64,000 bases of DNA. Origin: Myxococcota bacterium (GTDB taxonomy: Bacteria > Myxococcota > XYA12-FULL-58-9 > JABJBS01). Below, piece by piece: positions 10,824 through 20,900 of this stretch (positions are counted from its first letter, which is position 1; every line of letters begins with the position of its first letter). The stretch spans positions 1-64,000 of the forward strand of contig JAYZAY010000026.1 of NCBI GenBank assembly GCA_036339465.1, in the 5' to 3' direction. The notes below the pieces were generated by a model, which had not been told where the DNA came from, did no database searches, and saw nothing but the letters and a program-made list of their open reading frames with translations. A program made the position numbers and the translations under genes.

Positions 10824-11744
10824 ATGCTTCAACTCGCACAGATTGGCCACGGTGCCCTGGGTAAGGCCATCACCAAAGATATCGAAACCCGCGCCGATGC
10901 AGAAGTGACCACCATTATCGACCCCAGCGTCGATCACGCCCTCAGCCATATCGAGGATTTCCAAAATTGGTCCTGCATTGATTGCGCCGTGGTCACCACC
11001 GAATCCAGTCTCATAGATTGTTTTCCAACTTTCGAAAACCTCCTCAAGCGAGGACAAAATATCATCAGTACTTGTGAAGAACTTTCCTGGCCTTGGCTAA
11101 GGCATCCACAACTGGCCAATACCCTCCACGGTCTGGCCGTAAAACACAAGGCTCGGATCTTAGGAGCCGGGGTTAACCCAGGTTTTCTCATGGATCTCTT
11201 TCCACTGATGGTGACCCGCGTCGCGCGGCAGGTGGAGTATGTCGAAGTCGCCAGGTTCCAAGACGCAGCTTCCCGCCGATTGCCTTTTCAAAATAAAATC
11301 GGCGCAGGCCTAGAGGTGCAAACCTTCCAAAAACGAATCCAGGATGGAACATTGCGTCACGTTGGCCTGGCAGAATCTCTGCATTTCCTAGGGGACTATC
11401 TTCAACTTCTTCCCTTCGACCATTGGGATGAAACCACTGAACCAGTGGTGGGCGAAGATGGAAAAGCCACCGGAATCCGACAAGTGGCAGTTGGCACACA
11501 AGGGGGCGTATGCGTCATCAAGCTCATTTTTCAGGCGACCATGGGACAAAACAATCCCCATGACCGGGTGCGAATCCAGAGTGACCCGCCCTTGGAAGTC
11601 ACCTGGACCGGCGGCGTTCACGGCGATGTTGCCACCAGTGCGGTCGTGCTCAACTCTATCCATCCGCTATTGGTTGCAGCCCCAGGACTCCACACCATGG
11701 CCACCATTCCCGTCAGTGGTATAAGGACAAACATCCCTCAATAG
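10824..11744 (+). CDS. Dihydrodipicolinate-reductase-like / 2,4-diaminopentanoate (amine) dehydrogenase family oxidoreductase
   Basis: IGHGALG Rossmann motif, ISTCEEL, GAGVNPGFLMD, RRLPFQNKIGAG and GGVHGDVAT. Confidence 0.85.
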   Translation: MLQLAQIGHGALGKAITKDIETRADAEVTTIIDPSVDHALSHIEDFQNWSCIDCAVVTTESSLIDCFPTFENLLKRGQNIISTCEELSWPWLRHPQLANTLHGLAVKHKARILGAGVNPGFLMDLFPLMVTRVARQVEYVEVARFQDAASRRLPFQNKIGAGLEVQTFQKRIQDGTLRHVGLAESLHFLGDYLQLLPFDHWDETTEPVVGEDGKATGIRQVAVGTQGGVCVIKLIFQATMGQNNPHDRVRIQSDPPLEVTWTGGVHGDVATSAVVLNSIHPLLVAAPGLHTMATIPVSGIRTNIPQ

Positions 11745-12143
11745 GACGCTCCTAAGCATTGTAGCGCCCCTCCGGTTTCGCGCACACGGAATATCGAGGG
11801 GACACCACTTTCTGAAACACACCAACAACTTCTGGGAGACCAAGTCCACGATACCCATACCCCAACCGGGTAAAAACGCCCAAAGGCATTCAGGGAGACT
11901 GCAGTCATGGTGGAAAATGACGAAACTTAACTCGGTCTTAGGCATCGGAGGAACATGTTTTGGCGTTTTTGGATTGGTTGGCTAATTAGCGGCACCCTGC
12001 AGTGGATCGCGAAAGTCTTGGTGCGAAATCATCTCCCTAGGTATGTAGGCTAAAGAAGTACAAGGATTGAAGCGAACCAGGGCATGGGCTAACATCAGTA
12101 GGGAGGACTCAGGCCTGATATCAAAGCCATCCAAGGAGATTCA

Positions 12144-15100
12144 ATGGCCTTCCCAACCCAAATACCCCCAAGACTCGTCCTGGACCTGGTGTTTGGCGAA
12201 CCCCCTCCCCAAAGAGAAGGCGGCGAGGAACGGCTCATCATCGGTTTGGGTGTAGAAACCCAAGCGAATCTCACCATTACAAAGTGGGGAGGAAATCCAG
12301 AGCGAACCCCCACCCTCAGCGAAAAAATATTGGGACTCGAATCCCAAGTCATCATGAAGCTGAGAAACGCCAAGCACATTATTCTCCTATTCCCCCATAG
12401 CCCAGATATGGATTCCTGTTTTGCCGCATACATTTTATTAGACAGGATTCATCAGAAAACCGATAAAACGGCAGCATGGCTCCACGCATTCGCAGATCAC
12501 ATCCAGAAAATCCGGGCATTTGAATTGGCCCCCCAGAGTGGGCTCACGCCCCAAACACTCTTTTTGGCACTCAAATACAAGATTCTTGAAAATCTAGAAC
12601 TGCTCGATAAGGAACGCAGCCACACCCGCGAAAACTTGGTTCGGACCACCTGGGCGCTCTTTGATGAAATACAAACCCTAATTCAGAATAATCAACCCAC
12701 GCCCATCGCCGAAATCCTCCAAACCGAAAATTCGCAAATACAATCGCATCCATTCTTGAAAGCTGCAGAGGACTATTTCTACTCCTGCCGAAACCAGTTG
12801 GAAACGGTTTTGGAAGCCAATAAGCGTTACCAGCTTCCGGGCCCCGATGACACTGAAGTCATCAACTGCACAATTACACCGCCCCCACCTTTTCCAAGGG
12901 AAATCTTTCACGAACTCGCAGGCGCCGCAGGCATCGATCTGACCATCATCCGTGATAAGCAAGATCCCGGCGACGTAAAACTCCCCGTGGTCATCAATCT
13001 TTCCCCTCATATCCAAGGTAGCCTCATTGGCTTAAGAAACGCACTCAACAAATTGGAGCGCTCCAAGCGGGTCCTGCTGCACGTCGAACAAGAAATGAGT
13101 CAGAGCCGAGAGCGATGTTGGTGGGCAGCTCCAGAAAACTCATTCCGAACCTTAAATTCCCCCGATGGCGGTTCGGTTTTAAGCTCGGAGGATTTTGAAA
13201 ACACGCTTGTCGCGACTCAAAATTGGCTCAAAGTATCACCCCGTAATGCTCTCGAACAAATATCAGAACTCTTAGACGCTTCCGCAATTGAACCAATCCC
13301 CCTCAAGCTCTGGGACAACCTCATGGCCGATGCCCTTAAAGGCGAGCCACAAGACCAAATGCGACTCTTCGCCATTTGCACTCCACACAACTTACTGGTT
13401 CAGAGGTTACTCAACAACCACTCCGAGCTTATGCATCCTACCACTCTGGAATTCATCCGAGAAAATGCGTTGGATCGCACCTGGCTCTCAGCCACCACTG
13501 CCCTCACAGCCCTGACGAAAGAAGGGAAACTCGACTATAACAAACCCCGAGATCTCTTTCTCGAATTGATTCACTACGTAAAAGCAGGTAAAAGTGAACG
13601 GTGCGGGGAGCTCATCGAACAAATCACAGACTTTGGCCCCACAAACATAGAAGCTTGCCAAGTCCTCACAAACTTACTTAGAGAAGACTCTGAGCTTTCC
13701 AAATGGCCTGCTTTCAACGCTCTTAGAGCCTTTATTCAAAATTCGGCCTGGGAAAAAATAATCCGCTATCTAGAGATGGAAGAAGAAAACCACTTTAAAC
13801 TTGAAAACTTTCATCTTCTTTCCATGTTGGTGGGTGCCCTTATGGAGAGTCGCACTTATGCGAAAAGATTAACGGGCCTCGCCCTCGAAGACAGTCCAAC
13901 CCTATCTGCAATGGCTCAAGAACTGCTCTGCTCCTCATTGCTGCAATTTGAGGAAGCACTCCCAGAAGCAACAAAAGAAAGACTCCTTACTAAACTATCG
14001 AACTCAGGCAGCCTGCCATGGCCCCTCCATATGGCAACCATCGACGCGCCCATTAAATCCAAACACAGTCCCCCCCAGAGCTCCGCCCTAACTGAATGGT
14101 GTCGGTTGTTGTCGCTTTTAAGTACATCTGCAGTCGATTCCGGTGAAGTGCATTCGGAAATACACGATATTATGAATACCCTCCTTCCTATGGTGGGTAA
14201 GACCAATTCGGCTGACCGGCTAGATTTCGCATCTTCATTGCTACAGCTGGTCCGAATCCACTCAGAGAGCGAATATCACCTGGTTCTTACCCAAGACATA
14301 ATCGAAATATTTTTGAAACTCATACCCCCTACAACCCAACAAACAGCAACGGTTCAACGACTTTTCAGTCATCTCCTGCAAATAATACCCCCAAAATTGT
14401 CCTTTGGGCAGAAAATTTATGGACTCCTTCCTAAAGCGGGAATGACCCAAGAACTTGAAGTACTGGTCACAAAGCATCTAGCCGTTGCGCTCATATCGAT
14501 CCAGGACCCCACAAGTCAGCTTGAAAACCTGAAGGTCCTTTTAAGAAATACCAGCCACCATTCAATCATTGCCCGACTCCGAAAGGGAGCTGCCAATCAT
14601 GCCCTAAGCCGGATTCTCAACTATCTGCATTCCTTGTCGGTCAATGGGGCTTACTCATATGATGATCTTCTCGCTCTACCATTACCGCTCACTCGAACCA
14701 TCATCCAAGAAATACTAATCACACACGATAAAATCTCGCCTCCACTTCTCTCCCAATGCCTCAGTTTTCTCTCGAGCAAAATAGATCTAAATCAACAAAG
14801 TATGGCCTCGACTCTTCAACTCTACAAATCGTTGGCCATCGAAACCAACTTTTCGCCCCCCATCTCGGCAAGGTTTACATTCATCGCCAGGCGACTCCAA
14901 ACCTTTTCACTACTCTACGAACTGTCCAAAGAAACACCCTTCTGCCGCGCCCTCTTTCTTATCCAGGAACGACTCTGGTTTCTCTACGCGCGTAACCCAA
15001 GTACACGCCAACGGGCACAAGAGTGGTCTCATAAATTAAGCCGCATCATCCAAGATGAAACTTCGATTTATTCGGACCAGCGGACCGTTCTCATCGAATT

Positions 15101-16634
15101 AAAAAACCTGGTTGATCATGCCTACCAAATCGCCAGAATCAGATACGACGTTCCCTTGGGTGAACCCGTCACCCGGGCAAGCAAACTGATTGAAGCGTGC
15201 GTCTCCTTGCGCGACTCACTGCAACCCACCGAACATTTTATCTTCGTCCGCGAAATCCTTGCCTCTATTCACGGTTGGGCGAAAGCTTTTTCCGATATCT
15301 CAAGCCAGCTCTTTTCAGCGCTTCAAGAGGATACTAGCATTGTTTTAGACCTTTGGTTTACCAAATTACTTCGGGCCCAAATCGAACACCAGTTGGTCGA
15401 GCGACTCACCGAATCCTATGTCACCATCACCGAATCATCTTTAATCTCCTCTAAGGCCACATCCAAAGAAGAAGAAAAAAATCCAGCCGATGCCATCAAC
15501 ACGCAAGTTCAAGCCGCCCAGGAAAAATGTGTTTTGTGGAAAAAGGCATCTATGATTTCGTCCCTAGGGCAGTGGACCGAACTAGGACCGCCCGAAATGG
15601 AATACCTTTCCGAAAGCCGCTCCCTTCTTTTTAGTGGAAAAAGACCAGATACATTAAACAAGCTCCAACAAATAGCACAAAAGGAAGTCACTTCCCATCA
15701 ACGGAAAACAAAGAACGATCCGCGAGGTCAATTTGAATTCGGAAATGATGGCACCGAAATCGCCAGCTTCAATCACTTAAGCTATGAAACGCGCGAAGAC
15801 CTTACCAGTCGGATCCCAAAAGAGCTCATCGAACAATTCGATCTCCCTGCCGCCGAACGCTATATGGTCGCCCATAGCACCACACACAATAGCCCTTCCT
15901 GGTTCGTCCGCCTACTCACCTTCAAGAGCAGTTTAACTTTTCCCATCTACTTCTTTGGGTTATTCCTTTGCTATTTCTGCGCTGACAACTTTCTTCATAG
16001 CGAATCCGTGCGAGTAAAGGTCTTACCATTCATCACTCAAGTACTTCTCTGTTGGGTCCCACTTGGCTTTATCTCTCTTTTGGTCTTTGGTTCTGTCTTA
16101 AAAACCATCAGGCGATCTACTTTCTCCTACACCGGTTTCGATAACCACCCCAGCATATCAAAATATCGACGCAGCTTCATGCACGAACTTCTTCTGCCGC
16201 GTTATCTCATTTCAATCTGCTTCGGCGTAACCGCCGCATGTATCACCGAACTCGATTATTCGCCGTGGAGCCGACTTAACTACATGCAACTCTTCGTGAT
16301 TCCCGGATTGCTTGCACTCTCATACGTGGGACTCCACAAACACGTCGCCGATTCAGCTCCACGCAATCATACCAGGATTTCCATCGATATTTTCTCCATG
16401 ATATTCTCACAATCAGTGCTCATTGCGCTCATTCTAGGCTTTTTCTTTTCACCTCTCATCGAGGTCAGTGGCCACGACTCTTTCATTCTCTATCAAATTA
16501 CCCCCTATCCCAACAGCCCATTTTCATTCTACCCCATTCTCACCCTGATATTCGCCAGCGTGGGTCTTTTCTTCGCAACATTTATCGAGGGGATATTAAA
16601 ACGCGACCGGCGACCCATCGGCCCCAATCCCTAA
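12144..16634 (+). CDS. Large (1496 aa) hypothetical membrane protein: DHH-like N-terminus, helical middle, C-terminal TM bundle
   Basis: Long uninterrupted ORF; HSPDMDS motif near the N-terminus; Leu-rich helical centre; about 6 hydrophobic segments at the C-terminus. Confidence 0.8.
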   Translation: MAFPTQIPPRLVLDLVFGEPPPQREGGEERLIIGLGVETQANLTITKWGGNPERTPTLSEKILGLESQVIMKLRNAKHIILLFPHSPDMDSCFAAYILLDRIHQKTDKTAAWLHAFADHIQKIRAFELAPQSGLTPQTLFLALKYKILENLELLDKERSHTRENLVRTTWALFDEIQTLIQNNQPTPIAEILQTENSQIQSHPFLKAAEDYFYSCRNQLETVLEANKRYQLPGPDDTEVINCTITPPPPFPREIFHELAGAAGIDLTIIRDKQDPGDVKLPVVINLSPHIQGSLIGLRNALNKLERSKRVLLHVEQEMSQSRERCWWAAPENSFRTLNSPDGGSVLSSEDFENTLVATQNWLKVSPRNALEQISELLDASAIEPIPLKLWDNLMADALKGEPQDQMRLFAICTPHNLLVQRLLNNHSELMHPTTLEFIRENALDRTWLSATTALTALTKEGKLDYNKPRDLFLELIHYVKAGKSERCGELIEQITDFGPTNIEACQVLTNLLREDSELSKWPAFNALRAFIQNSAWEKIIRYLEMEEENHFKLENFHLLSMLVGALMESRTYAKRLTGLALEDSPTLSAMAQELLCSSLLQFEEALPEATKERLLTKLSNSGSLPWPLHMATIDAPIKSKHSPPQSSALTEWCRLLSLLSTSAVDSGEVHSEIHDIMNTLLPMVGKTNSADRLDFASSLLQLVRIHSESEYHLVLTQDIIEIFLKLIPPTTQQTATVQRLFSHLLQIIPPKLSFGQKIYGLLPKAGMTQELEVLVTKHLAVALISIQDPTSQLENLKVLLRNTSHHSIIARLRKGAANHALSRILNYLHSLSVNGAYSYDDLLALPLPLTRTIIQEILITHDKISPPLLSQCLSFLSSKIDLNQQSMASTLQLYKSLAIETNFSPPISARFTFIARRLQTFSLLYELSKETPFCRALFLIQERLWFLYARNPSTRQRAQEWSHKLSRIIQDETSIYSDQRTVLIELKNLVDHAYQIARIRYDVPLGEPVTRASKLIEACVSLRDSLQPTEHFIFVREILASIHGWAKAFSDISSQLFSALQEDTSIVLDLWFTKLLRAQIEHQLVERLTESYVTITESSLISSKATSKEEEKNPADAINTQVQAAQEKCVLWKKASMISSLGQWTELGPPEMEYLSESRSLLFSGKRPDTLNKLQQIAQKEVTSHQRKTKNDPRGQFEFGNDGTEIASFNHLSYETREDLTSRIPKELIEQFDLPAAERYMVAHSTTHNSPSWFVRLLTFKSSLTFPIYFFGLFLCYFCADNFLHSESVRVKVLPFITQVLLCWVPLGFISLLVFGSVLKTIRRSTFSYTGFDNHPSISKYRRSFMHELLLPRYLISICFGVTAACITELDYSPWSRLNYMQLFVIPGLLALSYVGLHKHVADSAPRNHTRISIDIFSMIFSQSVLIALILGFFFSPLIEVSGHDSFILYQITPYPNSPFSFYPILTLIFASVGLFFATFIEGILKRDRRPIGPNP

Positions 16635-16674
16635 GAAAAAAAACAATGAAGCGTTTTAGGAAAACACAACACAG

Positions 16675-17952
16675 TTAGTTCCATGATTCCATGGATTGGA
16701 GAAATTCTCCCTCGCGGGGTTGATAAGAACACATGCCAAATGCAGGTATCAAACGATAGGCGCCCTCATAACCCGACTTTAAGCTGGCATACTGCACGCC
16801 TTGGGCATTGAATGAACCCACCACCCCATGCCCTAAATAAATTCCCACCACCAGAAACCCAGAATCTTTCCGAACCAATAAATCTCCGTAGATCAAACTA
16901 CTCGCATCTTCGATCTTCTGATAAGCCGTTGATTGAATATGTTTAAGAATACGTTCATGCCTCATTTTAATCGTGCCATTGGGATGAAAATCCGAAAAAT
17001 AAAGGGGATACAAGTGCCTAAGAAAGTGTAAGATATTGCCACCACGAAAGGTGTCTATTCGGTTTTTTTGTTCTTGCTCCACCTCTGAAAGGACCGATTC
17101 AATCTTGCCACAACCCACCCAAAGAGGACCTCCTTCATCAAAAGAAATAACCTCATCGGTACAGGTTACCAATCGATGCCGATAAAACCAGGCCAGGGGA
17201 TTATCCGTCTCACCAAAGAGAGTCCTTGAAGAGTGAATATATCGCTCCATCTTCAAAAGGCAAAAAGACATTCGCCCATGCTTCAATACATAACCCATAC
17301 TATAGAATGAAAAACTTTCGGGCGTCTGTTTGCCGGGCGCAAAAATATAAGTAGGAAAACCCACAGATTCCTCTTGAACTTCGCTTTTATCGGCCGCTGG
17401 CTCATTTGATACAACCGTCCCGCCCTGATCTTGGCTTGGCTCGGTGGATTCAACCACATCCCTTGTCTCTTTTGTAATGGCCCGTAAATCCAATAGACGA
17501 ACAAGCTCATAAACCTTTCCGTCAACACGCTTGCGGAGATCATTCAAATTCGTGAGGACATCCTCAGAAACATTCTCTTCTGCTCCAATCGTCGATAAAC
17601 CACTCAACGAGGTGACTAGTGCAGAGTCCCCTTCTGCAATAGGATCCAACTCATTTTCCAATTCACTTTCAGATTTCTCCGTAGCCTCAGTAGCGGGGAG
17701 GTCGGATGGTTCTTTCGGCGCATCCGGCTCAATATTGAGCACTGTAGGAACCTCCTTAAGACCCACTGGTTCGGAAGTAACAACAGATAAATCACCATCG
17801 CCAAGAGAGGCCGATGCATTCACCCAGACAGTGTCCTCAAGCTCTTCGGTGATGGTGTTCAACGATGACGATAAGGGCGGAACCAGAAGCACACAACCAC
17901 TGCTACCAAGATTCACCATGAGAAGACCAATCATGAATCTGGTACGTATCAC
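16675..17952 (-). CDS. Probable lipoprotein with a degenerate NlpC/P60-like C-terminal domain
   Basis: Likely GTG start at 17952 just after the giant-gene stop; lipobox-like SSG-C; acidic linker; C-terminal GDLLV..VVGIYLGHG..GYEGAYRL; paralogous to 45993-47288. Confidence 0.7.
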   Translation of the reverse strand: MIRTRFMIGLLMVNLGSSGCVLLVPPLSSSLNTITEELEDTVWVNASASLGDGDLSVVTSEPVGLKEVPTVLNIEPDAPKEPSDLPATEATEKSESELENELDPIAEGDSALVTSLSGLSTIGAEENVSEDVLTNLNDLRKRVDGKVYELVRLLDLRAITKETRDVVESTEPSQDQGGTVVSNEPAADKSEVQEESVGFPTYIFAPGKQTPESFSFYSMGYVLKHGRMSFCLLKMERYIHSSRTLFGETDNPLAWFYRHRLVTCTDEVISFDEGGPLWVGCGKIESVLSEVEQEQKNRIDTFRGGNILHFLRHLYPLYFSDFHPNGTIKMRHERILKHIQSTAYQKIEDASSLIYGDLLVRKDSGFLVVGIYLGHGVVGSFNAQGVQYASLKSGYEGAYRLIPAFGMCSYQPREGEFLQSMESWN

Positions 17953-17965
17953 CCCTAACCTCACC

Positions 17966-20900
17966 TTATTGTAGATTCCAGTCACAGGGGCATGAATCAT
18001 ATTTATCGGGCACGCCATCATCGTCATGGTCTGATGGCTTGTAACCCGGAACGAAACGCAAACCAATGGAAGCCCGAAATTCGCTCGTCTCGTAACCTGT
18101 CATAATCCCAGAGCCCAATCCAAAAGAGAGAAAAGTCTCTTTATTAAGCTCCCAGCGAATAAAAGACAAAAGTTCGGCCTGATTACGAGAACCCGATTGG
18201 TCGATATTATCCAATGGAGACATCCCCACCCAACCGAGTCCTAGATCGAAATTGGGCCGGTTGAACCGAAACAGAAGAGCAGTGTTATAAGTGATATCGT
18301 GATTCACTCGTAGTTCGTAGAGGACTTCCTCCGAAGCCCTAAATAAAAACCCAACCTCACCCAACACCGAAACGCTGTGTAAAAAAGCCTTCGAGCGAAC
18401 GTAGAGCTCCTTTTCTGCCACAGCCCGCATAAAAAATGTAGCGTGGGAAGACCCATATAAACCCTCGGATTTCCCCGTGGGAAGGCTCAGTCCCGCCGAA
18501 ACAGCAAAATCAAATGGCCAATAACAAACATTCGCGAGGTGCCCCTTAGCACTCAGGGTCAAATCTCCGAGACCCAACTCGTTCATAACCAGCCCAGAAG
18601 TGGACTCCGTGTTTCCATAGTTGTGAAGAATCACCGGTAACCCTATAGCAACTTCGAACATGTCATATAGACCAAGACTAAATTGGAGGTCAGAACGGTT
18701 TCTCCGCTTCAAAACAGAATCAGTGGTGTTGTTTTGACCGGTCCTAAACCGGAGATTGTTCCAAGTCATGGTACTATGAATGCCCAATTGGTAATTCAGG
18801 TGGGTCAAAACCATGGGACGCATAATCGCCATATTGTCGTATGCATGTGGAGAGATGGGCGCTAGCTCGATATCCATCGATGGTGCACTCGCTTGGACCA
18901 CATTGGGATTGAACGTTGCCACCATCGTCGCCACTAAAACAATGCTCAGCCAATGACGACCCTTGAGAAAAACGACCCGCATCCGCACCAGACCTCCTAA
19001 AAGAAGAAGGATCCACAGAGGCAATAGGGACTCAGAATCTCCAATGGACTGACAGCCAAAACCACCCCCTGAGACGCCCCCACAGTATTCGTCCACCAGA
19101 CCATCGCAGTTATTGTCAATGCCATCACAAACCTCAATACCAGGCAAAACTTCACCCACACAAACACCCCAGGCCCCTACATTAGAAACACCGCCAACAA
19201 CCACCTCGTCAACCTCTCCCGCACGAACACAGATCCTCGAACCACCACGGCAAATACCTTGGCCCTTGGTCCCTTCGGGACCAGTGTAACATTGTTCCGA
19301 GAGCGCGACGGTTGAATTATCAGGATCTTCATCGATGGACTCATCACAGTCATTGTCGATACCATCACAAACTTCAACACTACCTTCCTTCGGAGCACAC
19401 GCCTCCTGCGGAGTTTCCCGGCCATTCACACAACTATCAATGGTCACCCTACACCTTCCAAAACCACAGGAAATATCAGAAAAGCCTTCATCCACCGATC
19501 CATCACAATCATTGTCGAGATTGTCGCAAGTTAACTCATTGACTTGATAACCATTGACGTCGAGAAAAGTGGGTTCTCTCCAAGCCACCTCATCGGAATC
19601 AGGACCTCTCCCACAAACTTTAAAAGCGCCCCGACAAACACCAACCTGATTCTCCGCAGGTGGGCGGGGCAACTCCTCGTCGATCTGCCCATCACAATCA
19701 TTGTCCAAACCATCACAGGACAATTCCTCCACTTCGTACTTATAGAGTCCGCTGTAGGATGGGTCCACCCAACCCTCTTGGCCATTGCAGATCTGCCTCT
19801 CTCCAAAACACACACCAAAATTTTTCGTCACCATGGGCGCCACTAAATTGTGGTCGGGAGCACCATCACAATCATTATCGAGGCCATCGCAGGATTGTTC
19901 ATTCAATTCATAAGTCGCAAAAAGAACCGCGTAGGGAGGTTCCATCCAAGTTATCTGACCAAACGAATTCTCTATACACACCTTCCTTGCCCCCGAACAG
20001 ACCCCCTCCTGAAGACTTGCCCGTGGTGCGAGCAGATGCTCGGATTCATCCACTCGACCATCACAATCGTTATCGAGGCCGTCACAAGTCACTTCCTGAG
20101 GCTCATAGTTGGCAATATCTTCGAAATCTGGCGCTATCCAGATCTTCTGAATACTGTCACACTCCATTTTTTGAGTTTTACACACGCCCACCGTATTGGC
20201 GTCGGGGCGTTTATCAAGGGCGATATTGTCGGTGGTGCCATCACAGTCATTGTCTAAACCGTCACAACTTATTTCTTCCTCTTCATAAAGAAAGTTGCCA
20301 TTGACATCCTTGATCAACTTATAATTCGGATTCACCCAAATGGGATTTCCCTCCTCATCCACACCACAGACTTTCCTATGGCCCGCACAAACCCCCACGT
20401 TTAAGTCATTCATGGGGCTGTGATTGACGAGGTCACTTGCCTCATCTGCACTACCATCGCAATCATTGTCCAAGCCATCACAGAGGGTTTCAGAATCCTC
20501 ATAATCGGGCAGCGTATAATAATTAGGTTCGATCCAATTCTTGACCCCATCCCCCGAATCACCGCATCGCTTCTTCGACATGACAGAGCACACCCCCACA
20601 GTTTTTTCTGCCTTGGGTGCAGAAAGGTCGATACCTTCATCGGTGCTCCCATCACAATCATTGTCGAGACCGTCGCATATGGTCTCCACCGACTCGTAAA
20701 TCATTTCGCCGTCTTCATCGCGAATAAAATTGTAGTCTGGGTCGATCCAACCCGTTCCTTGACCATTGCCAAGGGCCCCACAGAGTTTCTTTTGCCCCAC
20801 ACAAATACCATCCTGGAAGGACGCATTGGGACGAAAATCTTCCAAATCCTCATCCACTTGTCCGTCGCAGTCGTTGTCCAAACCGTCGCATAGGGTCTCC

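Noticed and set aside
17953..18066. ORF-track N-terminal extension of the 16675 gene overlapping the giant gene
   Set aside because: It overlaps the giant gene's 3' end by about 100 bp; the GTG at 17952 has an SD-like sequence and yields a normal lipoprotein signal.
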